64,000 bases of DNA, taken from the NCBI GenBank assembly GCA_963813535.1, contig CAWEZH010000002.1, positions 288,001-352,000 of the forward strand, read 5' to 3'. Shown here piece by piece: positions 49,743 to 59,188 of the stretch; position 1 is the stretch's first letter, and each line of letters opens with the position of its first letter. The notes below the pieces were generated by a model that worked only from the letters and a program-made list of their open reading frames with translations, did not search any database and was not told the DNA's origin. A program made the position numbers and the translations under genes. The stretch is from an uncultured Chloroflexia bacterium (GTDB taxonomy: Bacteria > Chloroflexota > Limnocylindria > Limnocylindrales > CSP1-4).

Positions 49743-52568
49743 CTAGTTGGCCCGGGCCAGGCGGCGCAGCACGGCGGGCAGGATGCCGCCGCCGCGGTAG
49801 TAGTCGACCTCGATCGGGCCGTCGAATCTGGCGATGGTCTCGAAGCGGACCGTCGATCCATCATCGCGCTCCGCGACGACCGTCACCGACTGGCGCGGCG
49901 AGAGTCCATCCGCCAGGCCGTGGACCGAGTACGTCTCGCGACCCGTGAGGCCGAGTGAGGACGGTGTGTCGCCAGGCTTGAACTGGAGGGGCAGCACGCC
50001 CATCCCGACCAGGTTGGAACGGTGGATCCGCTCATACGACTCCGCGAGGACCACCTTGACGCCGAGCAGCACCGGGCCCTTCGCCGCCCAGTCGCGCGAC
50101 GAGCCCGATCCGTACTCACGGCCGGCGATAACCATCAGGGGCACGCCCTCGGCCTGGTATCGCATCGACGCTTCGTAGATGAACATCTCGTCGCCCGACG
50201 GCAGATGGACCGTGTACGGCCCTTCCTTGCCCTCGACCAACCGGTTCTTGAGGCGGATGTTGCCGAACGTGCCGCGCACCATCACCTCGTGGTGACCGCG
50301 TCGGGCACCGTAGGAGTTGAACTCGAGCGGCGCCACCCCGCGGTCCTGGAGCCACTGACCGGCTGGCGACCAGGCCGGGATCGAGCCCGCTGGTGAGATG
50401 TGGTCGGTCGTCACCGAATCCCCGATGACGGCCAGGACGCGAGCGCCGGTGATGTCATCGATCGGTCGGTCCTCGAACGACATCCCGTCGAAGAAGGGCG
50501 GCCGCGCGACATATGTCGACGCAGGATCCCACGCGTACCGATCACCCTCGGGGATCGGCAAGGCGCGCCAGCGCTCGTCGCCCTCGAAGACGACGGCATA
50601 CGTGCGGCGGAACAACTCCGGGTCGATCGACGAGCCGATGACGCTGCGGATCTCGTCCGGCGACGGCCAGATGTCGGCCAGGTAGACCGGGCGTCCGTCC
50701 TCCCCAGTGCCCAGTGGCTCCGTCGTCAGATCGACGTCGACCCGACCCGCGAGCGCGAAGGCGACGACGAGCGGCGGCGACGCAAGATAGCTCGCGCGTG
50801 CGAGGGGATGGATGCGGCCTTCGAAATTCCGGTTGCCCGACAGGACCGCCGCGACGACGAGATCGTTGGCCTCGACAGCCGCAGCCACCGGCGCATCGAG
50901 CGGTCCGGAGTTCCCGATACAGGTCGTGCAGCCATAGCCGGCCAGGGCGAAGCCGAGCTGCTCGAGCGGCGCCATCAGACCGGCGGCTTCGAGGTAGCCG
51001 GTCACGGCCTTGGAGCCCGGTGCGAGCGAGGTCTTGACCGTCGGCGGCACCCGCAACCCGCGCTCGACGGCGTTTCGTGCCAGCAGTCCCGCGCCGATCA
51101 TCACGGTCGGATTCGAGGTGTTGGTGCACGAGGTGATCGCGGCGATCGCGACTGACCCCGTGCTCAGCTGGACGGTCTCGTCGCCGACCTGCACGGCGAC
51201 GGCACGATACGTACGGCCGTCGTCCACCCGCTCCGAAGTGACGGCCGGCACGGCGGGCGCCGGGGCGGCGGTCGGATCAGACGAGGCGAAGGCGGGCGAA
51301 TCAGACGCGGGGAAGGATTCGGAGGAGGCCTCGTGGACCGTGTCCTCCTCGGCCTTCGGCGGAGGAGGCTGCTCACCCGGCGCAACGAGCCCGTCCGGAA
51401 ACGTCGAACGGAAGTTCTGGCGTAGCGACTGGAGCGGGACGCGATCCTGCGGGCGACGTGGCCCGGCCACCGACGGCTCGACGGTCGCGAGGTCCAGCGT
51501 GAGGCTCTCATCGAATGCCGGCCCGTCACCAGGCTCGCGCCAGAGACCCTGCTCCTTGGCGTAGCGCTCCACGAGGTCGACGCGCTCGGCCGAGCGACCG
51601 GTGAGCCGCAGATAGCTGAGTGTCTCGTCGTCGATGGGGAACAGCGTGGCGGTCGCCCCGAACTCGGGGCTCATGTTCGAGATCGTCGCCCGGTCGGCCA
51701 GCGATAGCGTGGAAAGTCCGTCGCCCGCGAACTCGACGAACGCACCGACGACGCCGTGGCTCCGGAGCATCTCCGTGACGACGAGGACCAGGTCGGTGGC
51801 GGTCGAGCCGCGAGGCAGTTCCCCGGTCAGCCGGACCCCGACCACATGAGGCATCGGCTGGTAGAGCGGTTGCCCAAGCAGCACCGCCTCGGCCTCGATG
51901 CCGCCGACGCCGTAGCCGAGCACTCCGAGGGCGTTGATCATCGTCGTGTGCGAGTCGGTTCCGACGAGCGTGTCCGGGAAGGCGACGCCGTCGCGCTCGG
52001 CGACCACCGGCGCCAGGAACTCGAGGTTCACCTGGTGGACGATGCCTGTGCCGGGCGGAACGATCCGCAGGTTGCGGAACGCGGTCTGTGCCCAGCGCAG
52101 CAACTGGTAGCGCTCACCGTTGCGCTCGTACTCGCGCTCGACGTTGAATGCGAAGGCATCGCCCGTCCCGAAGCGGTCGACCTGGACCGAGTGGTCGATG
52201 ACGAGGTCGGCCGGCACGAGCGGGTTCACTCGGGCCGGGTCCCCGCCAAGGTCCGCCATGGCGTCACGCATGGCTGCCAGGTCGACGACGGCGGGGACGC
52301 CGGTGAGGTCCTGGAGGATGACCCGCGACGGCATGAACGGGATCTCTGCCTCCGCCACGACGCCGGGGCGCCACGACGCCAGCGTCTCGACATCGGACGC
52401 ATCGACGACGCCGCCGCCGGCCTGACGGACCAGGTTCTCGAGGAGGATGCGCACCGTGACGGGCAGGCGTGCCTCCGCCGTCATGTCCTCGACGGCGTGC
52501 AGGCGATAGATATCCGGCAGCCCCGGGCCGAGGGAGGCCCGAGCGCCGAAGGGATCGGCTGATGGCAA
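49743..52568 (-). CDS. acnA: Aconitate hydratase AcnA
   Basis: DHSVQVD, GIVHQVNLE, GTDSHT, AAITSCTNTSNP, GCTTCIGNSG, TTDHISPAG and GSSRDWAAKG. Confidence 0.97.
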   Translation of the reverse strand: MPSADPFGARASLGPGLPDIYRLHAVEDMTAEARLPVTVRILLENLVRQAGGGVVDASDVETLASWRPGVVAEAEIPFMPSRVILQDLTGVPAVVDLAAMRDAMADLGGDPARVNPLVPADLVIDHSVQVDRFGTGDAFAFNVEREYERNGERYQLLRWAQTAFRNLRIVPPGTGIVHQVNLEFLAPVVAERDGVAFPDTLVGTDSHTTMINALGVLGYGVGGIEAEAVLLGQPLYQPMPHVVGVRLTGELPRGSTATDLVLVVTEMLRSHGVVGAFVEFAGDGLSTLSLADRATISNMSPEFGATATLFPIDDETLSYLRLTGRSAERVDLVERYAKEQGLWREPGDGPAFDESLTLDLATVEPSVAGPRRPQDRVPLQSLRQNFRSTFPDGLVAPGEQPPPPKAEEDTVHEASSESFPASDSPAFASSDPTAAPAPAVPAVTSERVDDGRTYRAVAVQVGDETVQLSTGSVAIAAITSCTNTSNPTVMIGAGLLARNAVERGLRVPPTVKTSLAPGSKAVTGYLEAAGLMAPLEQLGFALAGYGCTTCIGNSGPLDAPVAAAVEANDLVVAAVLSGNRNFEGRIHPLARASYLASPPLVVAFALAGRVDVDLTTEPLGTGEDGRPVYLADIWPSPDEIRSVIGSSIDPELFRRTYAVVFEGDERWRALPIPEGDRYAWDPASTYVARPPFFDGMSFEDRPIDDITGARVLAVIGDSVTTDHISPAGSIPAWSPAGQWLQDRGVAPLEFNSYGARRGHHEVMVRGTFGNIRLKNRLVEGKEGPYTVHLPSGDEMFIYEASMRYQAEGVPLMVIAGREYGSGSSRDWAAKGPVLLGVKVVLAESYERIHRSNLVGMGVLPLQFKPGDTPSSLGLTGRETYSVHGLADGLSPRQSVTVVAERDDGSTVRFETIARFDGPIEVDYYRGGGILPAVLRRLARAN

Positions 52569-52671
52569 CGCGTGCTACTCCGCTCGCTCGTTAGACTCGA
52601 TGGATGCAAGCGTACCGCGCTCGGGCCGCTGCCCGCGGCGACCGAGGCGGAGCCCGCCCCGGGCGCACCCG

Positions 52672-53730
52672 GTGAAGCCCTGGGGTGCGCTTCCCGGTGA
52701 CGATCCGGAGCGTGACCGAGCCGAGACCGAAGCCGCGATTTCGGCTGCCGGTATCGACCTCGACCCTGTCCCGCCCGGGCAGCACCGCCATGCCGATGGC
52801 GAGGTCCACGCCGACGGCCACAGCCATCCGCACCACACGTCCGAGCCGGGTGAGACACCCTCGACCGGTATCGTCGGGGCCGGCGCGGTCGGCACAGCGT
52901 TGGGACTCGCCCTGAGCCGTGCCGGTTGGCCGATCCACGCTGTGGCGAGTCGCGATCCTGACCGCCGTGCCCGGTTCGCCGGCGCCGTCGAGGGTGCGCG
53001 CGCCTTCGCCGAGGCGCAGGCGCTGGTCGAGGAGGTCGAGCTGATCATCCTGGCCGTCCCGGACGACGCCATCGGGACGCTTGCCCGCGAGGTCCGCATG
53101 TACAGCGGTCAGGCCATGATCCACACGAGCGGGGCGCTCGGCGCGGACGTCCTCGCTCCGGCCATGGCGGCTGGGACGCAGATCGGCTCGTTCCACCCGC
53201 TGGTGGCGTTCGCCGACACGGAACGGGCGATCGCCGCGCTGCGCGGCGCGACCGTCGCGATCGAGGGCGATGACGACCTGGCATCGATGCTGTCCGACAT
53301 GGCCGAGCGCATCGGGGCACATGCGGTTCGGCTCGCCCCCGGGTCGAAGGCCGCTTATCACGCGGCGGCGGTGCTCGCCGCCGGCGGATTCGTGGCCCTG
53401 CTCGACGCGATCGCCGAGCTGGGCGCGGTCGCCGGTCTCGACGAGGCCGGATCCCTCTCGATCTACGCACCGCTTATCGAGGGAACGCTCGGCAATGCCC
53501 GCGCCTTGGGCATCCAGGCGGCGCTCACCGGGCCGATGACCCGCGGGGACACCGGGACGCTGGAGGCCCATCTCGCCGCCCTCGCCGCCCATGCCCCGGG
53601 CGTCCTGCCGCTGTATGTGGCCGCGGCGCACCGGGAGATCGATCTCGCCCTCGAGCGGCGCGTGCTCGCACCGGAGACGGCGTCCAGCATGCGCAATTCA
53701 CTCAGGAATGCGCTTGCAAGGCAGGACTGA
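52672..53730 (+). CDS. Rossmann-like plus DUF2520 protein (PanG-like oxidoreductase) with His-rich N-terminus
   Basis: GIVGAGAVG, LAVPDDAI, HTSGA, HPL, YHAAAV and ALTGP..RGD. Start uncertain (52600 or 52672). Confidence 0.88.
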   Translation: MKPWGALPGDDPERDRAETEAAISAAGIDLDPVPPGQHRHADGEVHADGHSHPHHTSEPGETPSTGIVGAGAVGTALGLALSRAGWPIHAVASRDPDRRARFAGAVEGARAFAEAQALVEEVELIILAVPDDAIGTLAREVRMYSGQAMIHTSGALGADVLAPAMAAGTQIGSFHPLVAFADTERAIAALRGATVAIEGDDDLASMLSDMAERIGAHAVRLAPGSKAAYHAAAVLAAGGFVALLDAIAELGAVAGLDEAGSLSIYAPLIEGTLGNARALGIQAALTGPMTRGDTGTLEAHLAALAAHAPGVLPLYVAAAHREIDLALERRVLAPETASSMRNSLRNALARQD

Positions 53731-53749
53731 CCTAGTACCATTGCGGCCC

Positions 53750-54070
53750 ATGGGACACAGCATCGCCGCCAAGTACGCGGCGCGACCGGCGGCGCGTTTC
53801 GTGCGTCCGTCCAGCCGCGCGAGAGAGCGGCGACTCGGTCTCGGAGCGCGCGCCTCATTCTCAGCCGTCGCGGGCGTCCAGACCCAGTTGCGTGGCCCCG
53901 ATGCCGGTCCGTTCGCGCGTCTGCGCTCGGGCTGGCGCGGTCCGCGACCGACCCGGTCGCACATCCGCGATCGCCGAGTCCGGCCGTTGGTGACGATGCA
54001 TTGGGCACGTTCCGGGCGCTCCGGAGCGGGCCGGCGTCCCAGCGCCGCCGCGGCGCCGTGGCACGCCTGA
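53750..54070 (+). CDS. Arg-rich small hypothetical protein (106 aa), probably leaderless
   Basis: TTGCAA-16bp-TACCAT lies 8 nt before ATG. High GC3. Overlaps the NUDIX start. Confidence 0.55.
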   Translation: MGHSIAAKYAARPAARFVRPSSRARERRLGLGARASFSAVAGVQTQLRGPDAGPFARLRSGWRGPRPTRSHIRDRRVRPLVTMHWARSGRSGAGRRPSAAAAPWHA

Positions 54071-54513
54071 GGACGGCCACCGCCACCTCCGCGGGCGGCA
54101 TCGTTGTCCGATATCGGTCGGGGCGGCCTCAACTCGTCGTCGGCGGTCGCCGGCGTGAGCGCGACGTCCACACCTGGACCCTGCCAAAGGGCACGCCCGA
54201 CCACGACGAGACACTCGAGGAGACGGCGCTCCGTGAGGTGGCCGAGGAGACTGGGCTCACCGTCCGCATCACCCGGCCGATCGATGCGATCGCATACACC
54301 TTCGTCCAGTCCGGCACGCGGATCAACAAGACCGTCCACTACTACTTGATGGAACCGACCGGCGGCGACCTCGCGCGCCACGACCACGAGTTCGACGAGG
54401 TGCGCTGGATCGACTTCGACCAGGCCCAGACCGTGCTGACGTTCGAGACCGAGCGGGCGCTGGTTGGTCAGGCTGCCGAGATCATCGGAACGCCCGCGGA
54501 GCGGGCTTCGTGA
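54058..54513 (+). CDS. NUDIX hydrolase
   Basis: SAGGIV and the Nudix box WTLPKG....ETLEETALREVAEETG. Confidence 0.92.
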   Translation: MARLRTATATSAGGIVVRYRSGRPQLVVGGRRRERDVHTWTLPKGTPDHDETLEETALREVAEETGLTVRITRPIDAIAYTFVQSGTRINKTVHYYLMEPTGGDLARHDHEFDEVRWIDFDQAQTVLTFETERALVGQAAEIIGTPAERAS

Positions 54514-55631
54514 CCGACCCGCGGGGGGCCGGCACCGTCATCCACGAGACACCACTGGCCGACCGCCATGAGGCGCTGGGCGCGCGGATGATCGACTTCG
54601 CCGGCTGGCGGATGCCGGTGCAGTACGGCTCGATCCTCGAGGAGCATCGATCGGTCCGAGAGCGAGCCGGGCTGTTCGACCTCTCGCACATGGGCGAGCT
54701 GCTCGTGGAGGGGGCGGACGCCGGTGAGGCACTGGCTCTCGCCCTCGTGTCGAACCCACCGGCGCTCGCTATCGGCCGCGCCCAATACTCGATGATCTGC
54801 GCGCCCCACGGCGGCATCCTCGACGACCTGATCGTCTACCGGCTCGCCGAGGATCGCTTCATGGTGGTCGCCAACGCGGCGAATGCGCAGGTCGTGTCCG
54901 ATACGCTGGCCGAACGCCTCGACGGCTCCCGAGCCGTGCTCGACGACCAGTCGCTCGCGACCGGTCTCGTGGCGATCCAGGGACCGCGCTCGGTCGACGC
55001 CCTCCAGCCGCACACCGACGTCGACCTGGCCGCGCTGAAGTACTACGGCATCGCCGATGGCCACGTGGCCGGCATCGCCGCCCACGTCGCGCGGACCGGG
55101 TACACCGGCGAGGACGGTTTCGAGGTGTTCGTCGAGACCGCACGGACCGGCGAGCTGTGGGATGCGCTGCTCGACGCGATCCGCGGTGTCGACGGGGGGC
55201 CTGTCGGACTCGGCGCTCGCGACACGCTCCGGCTCGAAGCCGGCATGCCGCTCTACGGCAACGAGCTCGACGAGACCACGACACCCTACGACGCGGGTCT
55301 CGGACGGGTCGTCAAGCTCGACAAGCCCGGCGACTTCGTCGGCAGAGCGGCCCTCGAGAAGGTCGCCGCCGAGGGACCGAAGCGGTCCCTGGTCGGCCTG
55401 GTCGTCGAGGGCCGCGGGATCGCTCGGCATGGCTACCCGGTGCATGCCGGTGACCGTCGGACCGGCGTCGTCACGAGTGGCACGCAGTCGCCGACGCTCG
55501 GCGCCCCGATCGCGATGGCGTATGTCACACCCTCGGACACAGAACCGGGCACCATGGTCGATATCGAGATCCGCGACGCGCGCGTCCCGGCACGGGTCGT
55601 GCCGCTGCCGTTCTACCGGAGGAACAGTTGA
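54510..55631 (+). CDS. gcvT: Glycine cleavage system T protein
   Basis: FAGW.MPVQY, LFDLSHMG, RTGYTGEDGFE and GLGARDTLRLEAG. Confidence 0.97.
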   Translation: MTDPRGAGTVIHETPLADRHEALGARMIDFAGWRMPVQYGSILEEHRSVRERAGLFDLSHMGELLVEGADAGEALALALVSNPPALAIGRAQYSMICAPHGGILDDLIVYRLAEDRFMVVANAANAQVVSDTLAERLDGSRAVLDDQSLATGLVAIQGPRSVDALQPHTDVDLAALKYYGIADGHVAGIAAHVARTGYTGEDGFEVFVETARTGELWDALLDAIRGVDGGPVGLGARDTLRLEAGMPLYGNELDETTTPYDAGLGRVVKLDKPGDFVGRAALEKVAAEGPKRSLVGLVVEGRGIARHGYPVHAGDRRTGVVTSGTQSPTLGAPIAMAYVTPSDTEPGTMVDIEIRDARVPARVVPLPFYRRNS

Positions 55632-55632
55632 C

Positions 55633-56016
55633 GTGAGTTCACCGACCGACTTGCGGTACACCCGCGACCACGAGTGGGTCCGGGTCGACGGCGATCAGGC
55701 GACCGTCGGGATCACCCAGTACGCCGCCGACCAGCTGGGCGACATCGTCTTCGTCGAGCTGCCCGACACCGGCCGCGAGCTCGAGGAGGCCAAGCCCTTC
55801 GGGGTCGTCGAGTCGGTCAAGGCCGTGAGCGACCTCTTCGCGCCGCTGACTGGCTCCGTGACGTCGACCAACGACGCGTTGGCAGCCAGCCCGGAGCTCG
55901 TCAACAGCGACCCGTACGGCGAGGGATGGATGATCAAGATCACCGTCCAGGACGTCTCCGAGATCGACGACCTGCTCGACGGCTCCGCCTACGACGACCT
56001 CGTCGCGGCGGGCTGA
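55633..56016 (+). CDS. gcvH: Glycine cleavage system H protein
   Basis: HEWV, GITQYA..QLGDIVFVELP, ESVKA (lipoyl Lys) and NSDPYGEGW. Confidence 0.97.
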   Translation: MSSPTDLRYTRDHEWVRVDGDQATVGITQYAADQLGDIVFVELPDTGRELEEAKPFGVVESVKAVSDLFAPLTGSVTSTNDALAASPELVNSDPYGEGWMIKITVQDVSEIDDLLDGSAYDDLVAAG

Positions 56017-56023
56017 TCGGACG

Positions 56024-57448
56024 ATGCCCTACGGCCCACATACACCGGCCGATCGCGAGCGGATGCTTGCGGCGCTCGGCCTCGACAGCGTCGACGACCT
56101 CTTCGCCGACATCCCGACAGACCTTCGAGCGAGCGCGCTCGACCTGCCGCCACCCGAGCCGGAGCTCGAGCTGTCTGCCCGGCTGCGTGAGATGGCCGGG
56201 CGGAACCAGACCGACCTGGTGTCCTTCCTGGGAGCCGGCGTCTACCGCCATTGGACGCCGCCGGCGGTCGACCAGCTACTGCTGCGCGGGGAGTGGTACA
56301 CGGCCTACACGCCGTATCAGCCCGAGGTCAGCCAGGGGACCCTGCAGTCGATCTACGAGTACGAGTCGCTGATCGCCGAGCTCGTCGACATGGACGTCGT
56401 GTCGGCATCGCATTACGACGGCGCGGCCGCGACCGCCGAGGCGGCACTCATGACCTGCCGCGCCACGCGCCGCGACCGCGTCCTGGTCAGCCGGGGTGTC
56501 CATCCCCATTATCGGGCCACCCTGCAGACGTACATGGGCGGTGGTCTCGAGCTCGATGAGATCCCCCTCATCGCCGACGGCGACGCCGCCGGCACGACCG
56601 ACCTCGTCGCCCTCGAGCGGATGCTTGCCGACACGGAACGGCCGGTCGCCGGAGTCATCGCCGCGAACCCCGATTTCCTCGGCCTCCTCGAGCCGATGCC
56701 GCGGATCGGCGAGCTCGTTCACGCCGCAGGTGCGCTGTTCGTGGCGGTGATCGAGCCGGTCTCGCTCGCGGTCCTGACGCCGCCCGGCGCCTATGGCGCC
56801 GACATCGCGGCGGGCGAGGGCCAGCCGCTCGGCATCTCGCCGCAGTACGGCGGCCCGTATCTCGGCATCCTCGCCTCGACGGGCGCGCTGGTCCGCCAGA
56901 TCCCGGGCCGCCTCGTCGGCATGACGACCGACCTCGAGGGCAAGCGCGCGTTCGTCATGACGCTGCGTGCCCGAGAGCAGGACATCCGGCGCGACAAGGC
57001 GGCGAGCAACATCTGTACCAACCAGGCGCTACTCGCGCTGGCGGCCTCCATCTACCTCGCGGCGATCGGGCCGCATGGACTGCGCGATGTGGCAGCCAAC
57101 GGTGCGGCGCGAGCCACCGAGTTGGTATCAGCGCTCGCCGACATCGGCGTCGAGCGCGTCCATCACGGCGCGTATCTCAACGAATTCGCCGTCCGCGTGC
57201 CCGATGCGCGGACCGTCCATCGCCGGATGATCGAACGCGGGTTCCTCGCCGGGTTGGTGCTGGCCGACGCCGAGCCGGACGACCCGACCATCGCCGACGC
57301 ATTGCTGCTGTGCGCGACCGAGCTGACGACGGCCGGTGACATCGCCCGCTTCACGGCAGCGCTGCAGGAGGTCCTGACCGGCCGTCCGCCCGTCGGTGTC
57401 GAGACCGGAGCCCGTGAGACGGCCCGGCCGATCGGAGCGGCCAGATGA
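56024..57448 (+). CDS. gcvPA: Glycine dehydrogenase subunit 1
   Basis: FLGAG.Y, TAYTPYQPEVSQG and REQDIRRDKA.SNICTNQ. Confidence 0.96.
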   Translation: MPYGPHTPADRERMLAALGLDSVDDLFADIPTDLRASALDLPPPEPELELSARLREMAGRNQTDLVSFLGAGVYRHWTPPAVDQLLLRGEWYTAYTPYQPEVSQGTLQSIYEYESLIAELVDMDVVSASHYDGAAATAEAALMTCRATRRDRVLVSRGVHPHYRATLQTYMGGGLELDEIPLIADGDAAGTTDLVALERMLADTERPVAGVIAANPDFLGLLEPMPRIGELVHAAGALFVAVIEPVSLAVLTPPGAYGADIAAGEGQPLGISPQYGGPYLGILASTGALVRQIPGRLVGMTTDLEGKRAFVMTLRAREQDIRRDKAASNICTNQALLALAASIYLAAIGPHGLRDVAANGAARATELVSALADIGVERVHHGAYLNEFAVRVPDARTVHRRMIERGFLAGLVLADAEPDDPTIADALLLCATELTTAGDIARFTAALQEVLTGRPPVGVETGARETARPIGAAR

Positions 57449-58944
57449 GCGTCACGGGCGAGAAGCTCCAGCCGACGCTCTTCGAGCGCAGCCGACCGGG
57501 TCGCGGGGGCGGCAAGATCCCGCACCCGCCCAAGGACGCATTGGACCGGCTGCCGGCCGAGGCGCGCCGGGCGACACCGCCGGCTCTGCCCGAGATGAAC
57601 GAGCCCGACGTCGTCCGCCACTACGTGAACCTCAGCCAGCTGAACCACGCGGTCGACACCGGCTTCTACCCACTCGGTTCATGCACGATGAAGTTCAACC
57701 CGAAGCTCAACGAATGGGCGGCACGGCTGCCGGGCTTCGCCGACCTGCATCCGATGGCTCCCGACGAGGTCGCCCAGGGCACGCTCCAGCTGCTGTGGGA
57801 GCTCGAAGGAGCGCTGGCCGAGATCTCCGGCATGCGTGCCGTCACCCTGCAGCCGGCGGCCGGCGCCCAGGGTGAGCTGACGGGCATCCTGATGATCCGC
57901 GCCTACCACCGTGATCGCGGCGATACCGACCGTGACGAAGTGCTGGTGCCCGACAGCTCGCACGGCACCAACCCGGCGACCGCCTCGATGGCCGGCTTCA
58001 AGACCATCACCGTCCCGTCGGCCGCCGACGGCGGCGTGGACCTCGAGGCGTTCAAGGCCGCCCTCGGCCCACGTACGGCCGCCGTGATGATCACGAACCC
58101 GTCGACCCTCGGCCTGTTCGAGGCGCGCATCGGCGACCTGCTCGAGGCGGTCCACGCGGCGGGCGCCCTGGCATACATGGATGGCGCGAACCTCAATGCG
58201 ATCCTCGGCCGGTTCAAGCCCGGCCAGGCGGGCTTCGACGTGATGCACTTCAACGTCCACAAGACGTTCAGCACGCCGCACGGCGGCGGTGGCCCGGGCG
58301 CGGGGCCGGTCGGGGTCGGGGAGCGCCTGGTGCCGTTCCTGCCGACACCGCGCGTCCTCCGCCTGGACGACGGCACATTCCGACTGGAGCGAGCCGACGA
58401 GCGGCCGAGCTCGATCGGGCGGCTACGCAGCTTCGTCGGCAACACCGGTGTGCTCGTGCGTGCGTATGCGTATATCCGTGCGCATGGCGGGTCGGGCCTG
58501 CGCGAGGTCAGCGACGACGCCGTCCTGGCCGCCAACTACCTCAAGTCACGGCTCGGCGGCATGTTCGATCTGCCCTATGACCGCCCGTGCAAGCACGAGT
58601 TCGTCGCCTCGGCAGCGAGCCTGAAGGCACGCACCGGGGTGCGGACGCTCGACGTCGCCAAGCGCCTCATCGACTATGGCTTCCATCCGCCGACGATCTA
58701 CTTCCCGCTGATCGTCGAGGAAGGGATGCTCATCGAGCCGACCGAGACCGAATCGCTGGAGACGCTCGATGCGTTCGCCGATGCGCTTGCCGAGATCGTC
58801 GCCGAGGCGGAACGCGACCCGGAGATGGTCAAAGCGGCGCCGCACACCGCCCCCGTCAAACGGCTCGACGAAGCCACGGCGGCACGCCAGCCGAATCTGC
58901 GCTGGCGGCCCATGGCCGGTGCGGAGATGCCCTGTCCGGATTGA
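57445..58944 (+). CDS. gcvPB: Glycine dehydrogenase subunit 2
   Basis: PLGSCTMKFNP, HGTNPA, NVHKTFSTPHGGGGPG and IEPTETES. Confidence 0.96.
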   Translation: MSVTGEKLQPTLFERSRPGRGGGKIPHPPKDALDRLPAEARRATPPALPEMNEPDVVRHYVNLSQLNHAVDTGFYPLGSCTMKFNPKLNEWAARLPGFADLHPMAPDEVAQGTLQLLWELEGALAEISGMRAVTLQPAAGAQGELTGILMIRAYHRDRGDTDRDEVLVPDSSHGTNPATASMAGFKTITVPSAADGGVDLEAFKAALGPRTAAVMITNPSTLGLFEARIGDLLEAVHAAGALAYMDGANLNAILGRFKPGQAGFDVMHFNVHKTFSTPHGGGGPGAGPVGVGERLVPFLPTPRVLRLDDGTFRLERADERPSSIGRLRSFVGNTGVLVRAYAYIRAHGGSGLREVSDDAVLAANYLKSRLGGMFDLPYDRPCKHEFVASAASLKARTGVRTLDVAKRLIDYGFHPPTIYFPLIVEEGMLIEPTETESLETLDAFADALAEIVAEAERDPEMVKAAPHTAPVKRLDEATAARQPNLRWRPMAGAEMPCPD

Positions 58945-59188
58945 CTCGGGACGGGACTTCCGTGCAAGTTGACGGGTCCGACCTTCGTGTGAATGATAGG
59001 CGCCATCTTGAGGCCCGCGGCTCGTCATCGTGACCGCGGGTGCCTTCGCGCACGGCGGCAGTGATGGGAGGATCAACTGTCGCCGATCGGTCAACGCGTC
59101 GCGGTCGCCGGACGGGATCGAGACGTGCCCGAGCCATCCGGACGCTACGGCAGGAGGCCGTGGCGACGGTCACGTGAAAGGGACCTAC

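Noticed and set aside
51230-51400. Pro/Ala/acidic insertion in aconitase (ESFPASD)
   Set aside because: A known variable insertion in actinobacterial-type AcnA.
53750-54510. Glycine riboswitch upstream of gcvT
   Set aside because: GAGAGAG and CTCAG fragments occur, but the conserved GGAGA...CCGAAG...CTCTCAGG architecture is absent.
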